From an uncultured bacterium (lineage in GTDB: Bacteria > Acidobacteriota > Thermoanaerobaculia > Multivoradales > JAHZIX01), in the NCBI GenBank assembly GCA_965368975.1, contig CBDUPA010000009.1, positions 32,001 to 96,000 of the forward strand: a stretch of DNA of 64,000 nt. The letters are read 5' to 3'. Made by a program: the position numbers and the translations under genes. Positions 22,569-32,800 of the stretch are shown in pieces. The notes under the pieces are model-generated. The model saw only the letters and a program-made list of their open reading frames with translations. It ran no database searches and had not been told where the DNA came from. Numbering within the stretch: position 1 is the stretch's first letter; the number at the start of each line of letters is the position of its first letter.

Positions 22569-23498
22569 CTAGTCCCGAAGGGCACGGCCGGTGAGTTTCA
22601 GGAACAGCCCGTTGAGGCTCGGTGGCTCGATCGAGACGCTGTCGATCGGAATTCCTTGCTGGTAAATCACGCCCAGCAGTTCGGCGGCTCCCCGGCCTTC
22701 GCCCTCGGTGGCCAGCACCAAGCGCCCCTCCTCGGCGCTGATCAAGCGCACACCTGCCAGTGCTTCCAGCTTCTCGCGTGCCTTGTCGACGATGAAGCCA
22801 CCACGCAGGGTAACGACTTCCGCTTCCCCAACCATGTGCTGCAACTCCTCCAGCGTCCCTTCCGCGAGGATCCGCCCCTGGTCGATGATGCCGATGCGCT
22901 GGCACAGGCGCTCGGCCTCTTCCAGGTAGTGCGTGGTGTAGAGCACCGAAGTTCCGTTCTCAGCCACACGCTTGACCACGTCGAGCAGCTTCTCGCGCGC
23001 CTGCGGATCGATGCCGACAGTCGGCTCGTCCATGAGTACTGCTTGGGGCTGGTGGATAAGACCGAGGCTCAGGTTCAAGCGGCGCTTCATGCCACCCGAG
23101 AAGCCCTTCACCGGTTCTTTCGAGCGACCCGTCAGGCCCACCAGGTCGAGGGCTTCGTCGATCGCCTGACGCAGCTTGCGGCCACCGAGACCGTACATGC
23201 CACCCCAGAAGCGCAGATTCTCGCGTGCAGTCAATTCCTCGTAGATCGCCACTTCCTGCGGCACGACCCCCAGACGGCTCTTGAACAGGATGGGATCGGC
23301 AGCCAGGTCGACACCATCGAAGGTGATACGACCGGCGTCTGGAGCGAGCAGGCCGGCGATCATCGACATGGTGGTGGTTTTGCCCGCTCCGTTGGGGCCG
23401 AGCAATCCGTAGATCTCGCCGCTCCGTACCTCGAATGACACACCGTCGACGGCACGGATCTCGCCGAAGCGCTTTGCCAGGTCTTCCGCCCGGATCAT
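22569..23498 (-). CDS. ABC exporter ATP-binding subunit (DrrA/LnrL-like)
   Basis: GPNGAGKT, FSGGMKRR, LMDEPTVGIDP, TTHYLEE motifs. Confidence 0.93.
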   Translation of the reverse strand: MIRAEDLAKRFGEIRAVDGVSFEVRSGEIYGLLGPNGAGKTTTMSMIAGLLAPDAGRITFDGVDLAADPILFKSRLGVVPQEVAIYEELTARENLRFWGGMYGLGGRKLRQAIDEALDLVGLTGRSKEPVKGFSGGMKRRLNLSLGLIHQPQAVLMDEPTVGIDPQAREKLLDVVKRVAENGTSVLYTTHYLEEAERLCQRIGIIDQGRILAEGTLEELQHMVGEAEVVTLRGGFIVDKAREKLEALAGVRLISAEEGRLVLATEGEGRGAAELLGVIYQQGIPIDSVSIEPPSLNGLFLKLTGRALRD

Positions 23499-23650
23499 GG
23501 GTTCAGGCTCCTTGGATGGTTGCTGGATGAATGCTAGCAGACCGTCACTGTACCGCTACGGAGATCCCCTGCTAGATGTTGCAACCTGTCGGCATCGTAT
23601 TCATCACACACTACAATCAGCCACACATCCCGGCAATGAAAGGAACCCGT

Positions 23651-24070
23651 ATGCTGCTCGCTGACGCATCCGAGCTCACTCCGCCCATCGCGCAATTCGA
23701 TGGCTTCTTACACTTCATCGCTCAGAGCATCGGCTTGGTCGGCGTGTTGGTCATTCTCTGGGGTCTTTTGCGCGCCCTGGTGCAACTAGGACGGCTGGAA
23801 GCGGCGGCGATGCGGGGAGCCATCGATCCACAGGGCCGTGAGCGACTACGGACCGACCTCGGCTACTACCTGCTGCTGGGCTTGGAATTCCTGGTCGCCG
23901 CGGACGTCGTCGAGACGATCCGTGCGCCCAGCCTCGAACACCTGGCGGTACTCGGCGCCATCGTCGTGATCCGGACCGCGATCAGTATCAGCCTGAACTG
24001 GGAACTTGCACAGCACCGACGTGCTGCCGAGGAGCGTGATGCTTCCGCTAACCTGGAGACCGCCGGGTGA
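23651..24070 (+). CDS. DUF1622-family membrane protein
   Basis: LRTDLGYYLLLGLEFLVAADVVETI...LGAIVVIRT pattern. Confidence 0.88.
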   Translation: MLLADASELTPPIAQFDGFLHFIAQSIGLVGVLVILWGLLRALVQLGRLEAAAMRGAIDPQGRERLRTDLGYYLLLGLEFLVAADVVETIRAPSLEHLAVLGAIVVIRTAISISLNWELAQHRRAAEERDASANLETAG

Positions 24071-24501
24071 GCCAGCAGCTCTTTCTCACGCCGCTCTTCT
24101 TGCTTCCTGGTGTTGCCCTGCTGGTCCTCTCGACATCGGCGCGCTACAGCTCGCTCCATACGGAAGTCCATCATCAGATCCACGACGAAAACGGTGACCC
24201 TTGTGGTCACCACCTAAGGCGGCGTGCGCGACTCTTCCGCAACGTGTTGGTGTGCCTCTACAGTGCTATCTGCCTACTGTCGCTGGCTGCCTTGAGCGGT
24301 GGCGTAATGAAGGTGGCAGGGCTGACCGCAAGTGACGGGCTCGTCCTCGGCTTGTCGGTTTTTGCGGTAGCTCTCGTTGTGGTCGCCACTGCTCTGCTGG
24401 TACACGAAGCAACCCTGTCGCTGCAGGTCATCGAAGACCATCTGAATGAAATACCTGACTCGGCCCCTCGCCGCCGAAAGGAGTCCTGTGAGTACCGATA
24501 G
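24067..24501 (+). CDS. Small membrane protein (DUF2721-like)
   Basis: P..LLPGVALLVLSTSARY...L.RR..L with 3 TM segments; GTGA overlap with the upstream gene. Confidence 0.65.
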   Translation: MSQQLFLTPLFLLPGVALLVLSTSARYSSLHTEVHHQIHDENGDPCGHHLRRRARLFRNVLVCLYSAICLLSLAALSGGVMKVAGLTASDGLVLGLSVFAVALVVVATALLVHEATLSLQVIEDHLNEIPDSAPRRRKESCEYR

Positions 24502-25294
24502 AAACTACCAATGGCAACTGTTGAGCCTCGACCCGGAAGAACTGCGCGATGCACGGCTGCAGGTGCACTGGGCTGCCCAGATCATCGCCGCTACGGCCAA
24601 CGTCTTGCTGGAGAAACGCGATGACGACAGCCAGAGTAACCTCGGCTGGCGCCGCGACCAAGGGGCACTGGTGACTCATGCGTTACCTGGTGTCGGACTC
24701 GCGGCGTTGCGGCTGGCCGACCTGACTCTGCTGCTGCTCGACGAAAACGGCGGCGTACGGCGCGAGCTGCCCCTAGCCGGCAGCACGCTGGCCCAGGGGC
24801 TCACCGACTTCGGCGCTGCCGTGGGTACGGAGCTGAGCCTCCGCGACTACGACATGCCCGAGCATGCGGTCAGCCAGGGCGCTGCCTTCGATGCCCCAGG
24901 GGAGGCCCATCGCGAACTCGCCCGCTGGTACGGCAACGCCGCCGCACTGCTCAGCCAGCTGCAGGCAGAGGACCACCGCGCCTCCGACTTGCGCTTGTGG
25001 CCACACCACTTCGACATCGCCTTCCTGATCTCTCTACCCGATGACGCCAGCATCGGCGTCGGCTTCCTGGCCAGTGACAGCAGCTATGCGCAACCATACT
25101 GGTACGTCAGCCCCTGGCCCTATCCAGACGAACCCCCAAGCGCACTACCGGCGGCCGGGGGTCACTGGCACACCGAGGGCTTCACCGCAGCGGTGCTGAC
25201 CGCAAACCACCTGCTGGCGGAGAGAGACGCTGCCAGCCAGCAACAGAAGGCGGAATCCTTCCTCCGCTCGGCCCTCGGGATCCTGCTACCTTGA
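24488..25294 (+). CDS. Hypothetical protein (DUF5996-like)
   Basis: LWPHHFDIA, GVGF..D....PYWYVSPWP, GHWH pattern; GTG start at 24488 is inferred. Confidence 0.6.
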   Translation: MSTDRNYQWQLLSLDPEELRDARLQVHWAAQIIAATANVLLEKRDDDSQSNLGWRRDQGALVTHALPGVGLAALRLADLTLLLLDENGGVRRELPLAGSTLAQGLTDFGAAVGTELSLRDYDMPEHAVSQGAAFDAPGEAHRELARWYGNAAALLSQLQAEDHRASDLRLWPHHFDIAFLISLPDDASIGVGFLASDSSYAQPYWYVSPWPYPDEPPSALPAAGGHWHTEGFTAAVLTANHLLAERDAASQQQKAESFLRSALGILLP

Positions 25295-25340
25295 CCAGGT
25301 ACCCTGGCTTGGCAACCACCCCTCTTAGGAGAACTGCAGA

Positions 25341-26954
25341 ATGAGAAAGCAAGCTATTGCCGCCTGGGCGGACCTAGGCGACCGCACGCCGACCTACGCG
25401 CTGGTAGAGAACGTCGACCTGGTGATCATCCGCTACGGAGACGACGTCTCGGTCCTTTACGGCCGCTGCCACCACCGCGGCGCCCTGCTGGCGGATGGCC
25501 ACATCGACGGCCATAACCTGATCTGCGGTGTGCATGGCTGGGACTACCGCTACGACACCGGCATCAGCGAGTACAACAACGATGAACAGCTGCACAAGTT
25601 CAACGCCTGGGTCGAAGACGGCCAGGTCTACATTGACGCCGACGAGATCGCAGCCTGGGAAAGGGACAACCCGCAGCCTTACGACCGTGAGTCCTACCAG
25701 GGCACCTACGCGGACGTCCACGGCGCGCCCGAAGAGCCGCACACCAAGCTGATCCAGGAGCTGGCGACCCACGGTCTCGACAAACTCGGACACCATGGCC
25801 CAGTGAACGCCATGGGCGTAGCGCGCCAGCAGCTGCCGAACTGGGACGACCTACAATTCGTGACCGCCCAGCTTTACAAAGTGCCGCAGCTGGATGATGT
25901 CGAGGTGGACACAGACCTGGTCATCGGACCGAGCAGCGCCAAGCCGCTGAGACTCGACATTCCGATCTTCGTCTCGGACATGAGCTTCGGCGCGCTGTCG
26001 GAGGAAAGCAAGATAGCGCTGGCACAAGGGGCTCAACTCGCTGGCACCGGGATTTGCAGCGGTGAGGGAGGCATGCTGCCCGAGGAACAGCAGGCCAACA
26101 GTCGCTATTTCTACGAACTCGCTTCCGCGCGCTTCGGCTTCTCCTGGGACAAGGTCAAGCAGTGCCAGGCCTTTCACTTCAAGGGCGGCCAGGGCGCCAA
26201 GACCGGCACCGGCGGCCACCTGCCGGGCGAGAAGGTGCAGGGCAAGATCGCTGACGTACGCGGCCTCCAGCCCGGACAATCGGCGATCTCGCCGGCACGC
26301 TTCCCGGACTGGGACAACGTCGAGGCCTTCCGCGAGTTCGCCGGCCAGGTGCGCGACGCCACCGGCGGCATTCCGGTCGGCTTCAAGTTGTCGGCGCAGC
26401 ACATCGAGAAGGATATCGACGCCGCCCTGCACGCTGACGCCGATTACGTCATTCTCGACGGTCGCGGTGGTGGTACCGGCGCGGCACCCTTGATCTTCCG
26501 CGACAACATCTCGGTCCCCACGATCCCAGCACTGGCGCGCGCACGCCGTCATCTCGATCGCCAGGGACGCAGCGAGGTCACGCTGATCATCACGGGCGGT
26601 CTGCGCACGCCGGCAGACTTCGCCAAAGCCTTGGCCCTCGGCGCCGACGGCATCGCCGTCTCCAACGCCGCGATCCAGGCCATTGGCTGCCTCGGCATGC
26701 GTGCCTGCCACACCAACAACTGCCCTGTGGGTATCGCGACGCAGAAGCCGCACCTTCGCCAACGCCTGGTGATCCAGCCCGCCGCGGAGCGCTTGGCCCG
26801 CTTCTTCGGCGCCGCGGTGGAGATCATGAAGCTGATGGCCCGTGCCTGTGGTCACACCCACCTGAGCCAGCTCTGTCCCGACGATCTGACCACCTTCGAT
26901 CGCGACATGGCCTACCTGTCCGGCGTCGCCTATGCGGGCGTCGTGCCCGTCTGA
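25341..26954 (+). CDS. Rieske [2Fe-2S] fused to FMN-binding glutamate-synthase-family protein
   Basis: CHHRG...CGVHGW Rieske ligands; MSFGALS, SGEGG, GQGAKTGTGGHL, GGTGA; CLGMRACHTNNCP Fe-S motif; no glutamine amidotransferase domain. Confidence 0.9.
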   Translation: MRKQAIAAWADLGDRTPTYALVENVDLVIIRYGDDVSVLYGRCHHRGALLADGHIDGHNLICGVHGWDYRYDTGISEYNNDEQLHKFNAWVEDGQVYIDADEIAAWERDNPQPYDRESYQGTYADVHGAPEEPHTKLIQELATHGLDKLGHHGPVNAMGVARQQLPNWDDLQFVTAQLYKVPQLDDVEVDTDLVIGPSSAKPLRLDIPIFVSDMSFGALSEESKIALAQGAQLAGTGICSGEGGMLPEEQQANSRYFYELASARFGFSWDKVKQCQAFHFKGGQGAKTGTGGHLPGEKVQGKIADVRGLQPGQSAISPARFPDWDNVEAFREFAGQVRDATGGIPVGFKLSAQHIEKDIDAALHADADYVILDGRGGGTGAAPLIFRDNISVPTIPALARARRHLDRQGRSEVTLIITGGLRTPADFAKALALGADGIAVSNAAIQAIGCLGMRACHTNNCPVGIATQKPHLRQRLVIQPAAERLARFFGAAVEIMKLMARACGHTHLSQLCPDDLTTFDRDMAYLSGVAYAGVVPV

Positions 26955-27004
26955 GCATGAAGCCCCTCTAGGTAGAGACAACGGAAACCAAGGAGCCTGC
27001 AAAC

Positions 27005-28966
27005 ATGAGCGACAACACCCACCTGATCTGGCACCGCGTGGCAGGTCTCAACGAGCTGCCCGAAGGCCGGGTCAAGACAGTTACCGTGGGCAAAGAGAGC
27101 ATCGCGCTGACCCACCATGACGGCCAGTATGGCGCGCTCGAGAACGCCTGCCCGCACCAGGGCGGCCCCCTCGGTGAGGGTTCGATCGAGAACGGCTACC
27201 TGCGCTGCCCCTGGCACGGCTGGGACTACTGCCCACTCTCCGGCAAACCACCAGGAGGGTACGACGACGGAGTGCGCACCTTCCCGGTGGAGGTGCGCAG
27301 CGACGGCATCTACATCGCGCTCGAAGCCGAGGAGCCGGAAACGCGCACCGTGTCGGACGTCATGGCCGAGACCATGGTCAACTGGGGGGTGAAGCATGTC
27401 TTCGGCATGGTTGGCCACTCCAACCTCGGTCTTGCCGACGCACTGCGCCGACGCGAGGAGGCCGGCGACCTGACCTTCATCGGCATCCGCCACGAAGGCG
27501 CGGCCGCCTTCGCCTGCTCGGCCTACGCCAAACTGACCGGCAAGCCCGCCGCCTGCCTGGCGATTGCCGGCCCCGGCGCCACCAACCTGCTCACCGGCTT
27601 GTGGGACGCCAAGGTCGACCGCGCGCCTGTGCTGGCGCTCACCGGCCAAGTCAACACGCAGGTGCTCGGCCCCGGTGCCTTCCAGGAGCTCGACCTGGCC
27701 GCCGCCTTCGCTCCGGTCGCCGGCTGGAGCCAGACCGTGCTGTCGAGCTCGAAGCACGCTGAACTCATGAACCTGGCCCTCAAGCACGCCGTCCAGTACC
27801 GTGAAGTCGGACACCTGATCTTCCCGGACGAGGTGCAGGAGATCGAGGTAGGCAGCATCGACGATGGTGGCCCAGAGGCTTCCGGCCCGGAAGGCCGGCT
27901 TACGCCTACCGACATCACCCCACCACCCACGGCCCTGGGGGCAGCAGTCGAGAGGCTACGCAGCGCCCAGCGACCAGTGATCATCGTTGGCCACGGTGCT
28001 CGCGACGGCATGGACGAGGTCACCAAGCTCGCCGAGCACCTGCGCTGCCCGGTGCTCACCACCTTCAAAGGCAAGGGCCTGATCTCCGACTTCCATCCGA
28101 ACGGTTGTGGTGTGCTCGGACGCAGCGGCACCCCGATCGCCAGCTGGTTCATGAATGAATGCGACACGCTGCTGGTATTCGGCGCCTCGTTCTCCAACCA
28201 CACCGGCATCACACCCAAGAAACCGATCATCCAGGTGGACTTCGATCCATGGCAGCTCGGCCGTGTCCATGCCGTCGACGTGCCGGTGCTGGGCGATATC
28301 GCAGTCACCGCGCGCCTGTTGCGCGAGGCACTGCACGACGCCAACCCAACGGACCAGACTCCGGAGATCACCGAACGCTGGAGGCTCTGGCGGGCCGAGA
28401 AGGCGAGTCGCCGGCAGGACGACCAGAGTCAGGGCTTGGGAGCAGCTACCATTTTCGAGACTCTGACCCACCTGACACCCGAGAACGCCGTCATCGCCGT
28501 CGATGTGGGAAACAACACCTATTCGTTCGGTCGCTACTTCGAGTGCAAGCAGCAGGCCGTCCTCATGTCAGGCTATCTGGGATCGATCGGCTTCGGCTAT
28601 TCGGGCGCCATGGGTGCCTGGGCGGCGGCAGGACATCAGCGGCCGATCATCGCGGTCACCGGCGACGGGGGCTTCGGTCAGTACCTGGCCGAGGTCACGA
28701 CGGCGGTCAAGTACGGCATGAACCTGACGCACATCCTGCTCAACAATTCCGAGCTAGGCAAAATCTCCAAGGAACAGCGGGGAGGACGCTTCGAAGTCTG
28801 GCAAACCTCGCTACACAACCCGAATTTCGCAGAGTACGTGAGCAACTGCGGCGGCCTCGGAATCCGGGTTTCCAAGGTCGAAGAACTCGAACCGGCGATC
28901 CGGCGAGCCCTGGCGTACGATGGGCCGGCGACGGTCGAGGTGCTGCAGAACGTCGAGTTGCTGTGA
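27005..28966 (+). CDS. Rieske [2Fe-2S] fused to TPP-dependent enzyme (pyruvate oxidase/ALS family)
   Basis: CPHQG...CPWHGW; IRHEGAAAF; GPGATN; GDGGFG...LNN TPP motif. Confidence 0.9.
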   Translation: MSDNTHLIWHRVAGLNELPEGRVKTVTVGKESIALTHHDGQYGALENACPHQGGPLGEGSIENGYLRCPWHGWDYCPLSGKPPGGYDDGVRTFPVEVRSDGIYIALEAEEPETRTVSDVMAETMVNWGVKHVFGMVGHSNLGLADALRRREEAGDLTFIGIRHEGAAAFACSAYAKLTGKPAACLAIAGPGATNLLTGLWDAKVDRAPVLALTGQVNTQVLGPGAFQELDLAAAFAPVAGWSQTVLSSSKHAELMNLALKHAVQYREVGHLIFPDEVQEIEVGSIDDGGPEASGPEGRLTPTDITPPPTALGAAVERLRSAQRPVIIVGHGARDGMDEVTKLAEHLRCPVLTTFKGKGLISDFHPNGCGVLGRSGTPIASWFMNECDTLLVFGASFSNHTGITPKKPIIQVDFDPWQLGRVHAVDVPVLGDIAVTARLLREALHDANPTDQTPEITERWRLWRAEKASRRQDDQSQGLGAATIFETLTHLTPENAVIAVDVGNNTYSFGRYFECKQQAVLMSGYLGSIGFGYSGAMGAWAAAGHQRPIIAVTGDGGFGQYLAEVTTAVKYGMNLTHILLNNSELGKISKEQRGGRFEVWQTSLHNPNFAEYVSNCGGLGIRVSKVEELEPAIRRALAYDGPATVEVLQNVELL

Positions 28967-29064
28967 CGTCGAACGTCCCTGCTATGCTCGACCGGTAACT
29001 ACCCGTTGTCAGTGCCTTTCCCGAGAGGGTGGCCGTCCAGATGAGACCTAGAGGAGCCTACGCC

Positions 29065-29403
29065 ATGACCGACCGTGTCCGGAACCTTGTCCAGTTCGCC
29101 GCCGTGCTGCTGATCGCCACCGCCTTTCTCACCGCCGCCCCCACGCTCTCGGCTGAGGACGAGCAGCCCGCTACCGCCGAGGTCACTTCGATTTTCAAGG
29201 TGACCGGCATGACGTGCACCAACTGCGAGGCATTGATCCGCAGCAACGTGCAGGCACTGGACGGCGTCAGCGCGGCGAGCGCGGACCACATGGCGGGAAC
29301 CGCCGAGGTGACCTACGATCCGGCGAAGGTGACGACGGAGCAGGTCATCCAGGCGATCACGAACGCTGGTTACGGCGCGGAGTTGCTGGAGACCAAGGAG
29401 TAG
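29065..29403 (+). CDS. Exported heavy-metal-associated (MerP/CopZ-like) protein
   Basis: Signal peptide; VTGMTCTNC metal motif; AGY near the C-terminus; GAGGAG RBS. Confidence 0.88.
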   Translation: MTDRVRNLVQFAAVLLIATAFLTAAPTLSAEDEQPATAEVTSIFKVTGMTCTNCEALIRSNVQALDGVSAASADHMAGTAEVTYDPAKVTTEQVIQAITNAGYGAELLETKE

Positions 29404-29523
29404 GGCCCCACGCGCTCGCTACAGGCCGCTGATCACAGGCCGCTGGCCAGAGATTGGGCGCTCGTTCTGCTCTCTGGTTTATACTCGGCGGATCTATCCA
29501 CAATTCGTTGGGAGGAAGTACCG

Positions 29524-29727
29524 ATGAAAAAGCGGAGAAAGCTGCAGCTCAGCCGTGAGACCCTGCACACGATGGATTTGCGCACGGCGCAGGGCGGTGA
29601 CGTGATCCAAGCGACCGTTCAGGCCACCACGATCATCATCAAAGAGACGATCGAAATCGCCGTCCGGTCCGAAGAGGGGTGCCCGACCTACTCTTGCTGC
29701 TGCCTGACTTGCCCCCCCTGTCCCTGA
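29524..29727 (+). CDS. Small Cys-rich peptide, putative RiPP (lanthipeptide-like) precursor with GG leader
   Basis: GGAGGA RBS at 29511, TATACT at 29480; leader MKKRRKLQLSRETL...AQGG; core ends CPTYSCCCLTCPPCP; downstream hairpin plus T run. Confidence 0.72.
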   Translation: MKKRRKLQLSRETLHTMDLRTAQGGDVIQATVQATTIIIKETIEIAVRSEEGCPTYSCCCLTCPPCP

Positions 29728-29752
29728 GGCTCATCGCCGCCTCCGAGCCCTG

Positions 29753-29771
29753 AAGCGGCCCAGCCGCTTTT
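29753..29771 (+). terminator. Hairpin/terminator after the peptide gene
   Basis: AAGCGGC-CCA-GCCGCTT then TT; lies between convergent genes. Confidence 0.5.
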
Positions 29772-29823
29772 AGAGTTCGTAGGCGGCCCAACCGACTTAT
29801 AGCTCGTAGGCGGCCCAGCCGCC
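29770..29823 (-). repeat. 27-bp tandem duplication of the kinase 3' end
   Basis: On the minus strand GGCGGCTGGGCCGCCTACGAGCTATAA is followed directly by GTCGGTTGGGCCGCCTACGAACTCTAA. Confidence 0.85.
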
Positions 29824-32800
29824 GGGGGCCAACACATTGGCCATCAGGTCGGTGCGTTTGATGCTCTGGCTGGCGATCCACTCATCGGCCTGTCGCATCA
29901 GGTCCTTGCCGCGCGAGCCCCGCAGCTGGCCGAGGCGGCGGCGGGCGGCGGCAGCGTAGAGGCGCATGTCGTGCTTCTCGAGCCCCTCGATCGCCTGCTC
30001 CAGGAGCCCTTCCGCCTCTTCCTTCAGACCCTCCGTGGCACGAATGCCGGCCCGCAGGAGCAGCGCCAGCGGATCGGACCAGAAGAGCTTCTCGCTCTCG
30101 ATTTTCTTCAGGTCGCCCTGGACGACCTTGATCAGCTGCTTGTACTGCTCGGTGTCCAGACCGGCCTCAACAGCGGCGGCGAGCGCGCAGCGAGCGCGCA
30201 GGCACGAAGCCTCGGTGCGCGTGAACTGGATACGCAGCAGCATCGACTCTTGTAGACCACCCCACAATTCCTGCAGCCGCCGCCAGGCTTCCAGGCCACC
30301 GGCCGAGTACATGGCGATCTCGACCATGCCCGTCATGTGCCAGTAGTGTTGCAGGTGGAAGCCCTGCTGCGACCAGCGACTGATCGACTGCTCGACTTCC
30401 TCTTCCGCCAGCTTCGGCTCGTCGTTGACCAGCCAGGCGACCCAGGTGACGCGGCTGCGCAGGTTGGTTTCGGCGTAGAGGTCACCACGCTCCTGCACAT
30501 CTTTGAGCAGCGACGGCAGGCGACGGCAGATCTCCCCGTACTCGCCGAGCAGCAGCAACGCTCGCAGCTGGAACTGCATCGTGGTGTCCAGCTCCCACGT
30601 GACGCCGGTGCAGCGCTCACGCAGGATCTCTTCGCCGTAATCCAGGCGCTCGACCGCCTTCTGCCAGTGACCTTCCAGATAGGCCGCCATGCCCGAGGTC
30701 ATGTGCGCGAGGCCGAGGGCATGCGGGTGGTTGACCTTCTGTGCCAGGCGCATCGACAAACGAATGAGATTCTCGGTGCGATCCAGCCCCTTGTTGCCGG
30801 AGGTCGCCGAGGCGATCGTCTCGATGCACAGGGCGCGCGCCACGCGGTACGGCTCGCCTGCCTTGAGTGACAGCAGCAGGTTACGCTTGCTGTAGTCCAT
30901 ACCGCGAATGGTGTCGACGATCGCCAGGCCGACGGACACGGACCAGCAGGTGTCGATCTGGATCAGCTTCTCAGCGGCGATCTGCGTCGAGTCGCGTTCC
31001 TTGAACTTGAGACCCCGGATCTTCAGGAAGGCGATGCTGCGTAGCAGCGACAGCAACGCCTGGCGCGGTGTCTCCGCCAGCTTCATGCCGATCGACTCGA
31101 GCACGTGACGGATGGTGGCCAGCCCCTTGTCGATGCGGCCGCTGATCAGCAGTTGCTCGGCGGCGCGGCGGCGCAGCTCCAGGGCGTCCGCGGCCATGCC
31201 ACCTTCGGCCGACAGCAGATAGGCCTGCGCTGCTTCGGCACCTCGGCCGGCGTTGGCCAGGGCATCCGCGAGCTTGATCTGCAGCTGCCGGTAGGCCTCA
31301 CCCTCGTCGACGGCGAGGTCGAGAGCGATGCGATAGAGACGGCTGGCGCGATCGAAAGCCAGGGCTTCGGCAGCCTGATCTGCCGCCTGCGCGGCAAACT
31401 CGGCGGCGCGGTCGCGCTGGCCTGCTTCTTCGAAGTGGATGGCCAGGACTTCAGGATCGACGTTTCCGGCTGCCTGCAGCGCTTGCGCCAGGCGCAAGTG
31501 ATAACGCTTGAGCAGGGCCGGCTCGAGCAGCTTCGGGACGATCTCGCGGATGCGGTCGTGGTAGCACTCGACTTGGTCGTCCTTGTGACTGCTGCCACGC
31601 AGACGGATCAGGTTGGCCGAACGCAGCGCAGCCAGGGCCGCCTGCACCTCCTCGACCTCTGCGGCTTGCTTGGCGACGTCCAGACTGACCGGCTGGCCAA
31701 TTACCGAAATGACTTCCAGCAGGCGCCGCGCTTCTTCTGGCAGGCGATCCAGGTGCGCCAGCATGACCTTCTCGATCGTCGCTTCGCCGACCGCGCGTTC
31801 GACGTCGCCGCTCACCGCCTCGTCGCCGGAGACAGTCTGTGCATACCGCACCAGCGTGTCGATCAGGAATGGGTTGCCGCCGGACTCGCGTACGATGGTC
31901 TCGGCCAGCGCTTCGGCGGCTGGCGAGTCGCTGCGTAGCAGTTGCAGCGTCAGACGCCGCGACTCCTCGGGCCCCAGCTCTTTGAGCACAACCTCCCGTA
32001 CTTCGATCGCCGCCTTGGTCAGCTCGGACGAGAAGAGACGCCGCAGCAGGGGGCTGGTGAGCGCCTCTTCACTGCGGAAGCACGCAAGCAGCATCAGTGC
32101 CGGCGGGTCCGGCGGTCGCAGCAGCTCATTGAGCAAAGACGCGCTATCCAGATCACCCCACTGTAGGTCGTCGATGTAGAGCACGACCGGATGGCGGTCG
32201 GTGAGGCGCAGAAAGAGTTCGCGCAGCGCGGCGAAAGCGCGGCGACGCAACTCGCGGGAGTCGGGAATCTCCAGCACCCTGCGCTTGGCGTTGGCTATCG
32301 CCTTGACGCGGCGTAGCACCGGGAACAGCCGCGCCAGTGCCAGTACGTTGTACGGCATCAGCACCTCGACTTCTTGTTCCGGCAGCTTGCGCAGATAGCG
32401 GCTGAGCGAGTCGACCAGGCTGTCCAGCGCCTTGTAGGGCACGGACTCACGCTGATAGCAGCGACCGGTCAAGACCACCACCTGGTTCTCGTACTGGTGG
32501 TAGACGTCGAGCAGGAAGCGGCGCACCAATGCGCTCTTTCCCATGCCCGACGACCCGTGGACAAAGACGGCCACCGTACGCCCCTTGCGCGCGGCGCGGA
32601 AGCTGTCCATCAGCTGCTCCATCTGATCCTCTCGGCCAACGAACGGCGCGGAGGTGACCGAAGAACTGGTAGACCGCACCAACGAGGCTGTCGACTCCTC
32701 GGAGCCCAGCCAGCGCAGGACGTCTTTGCCGGCGGGACGCTTTTCGGGATCGCGGTGCAAGAGCGCGCGACACAGCGTGTCGAGATCTTCCGGAATACTC

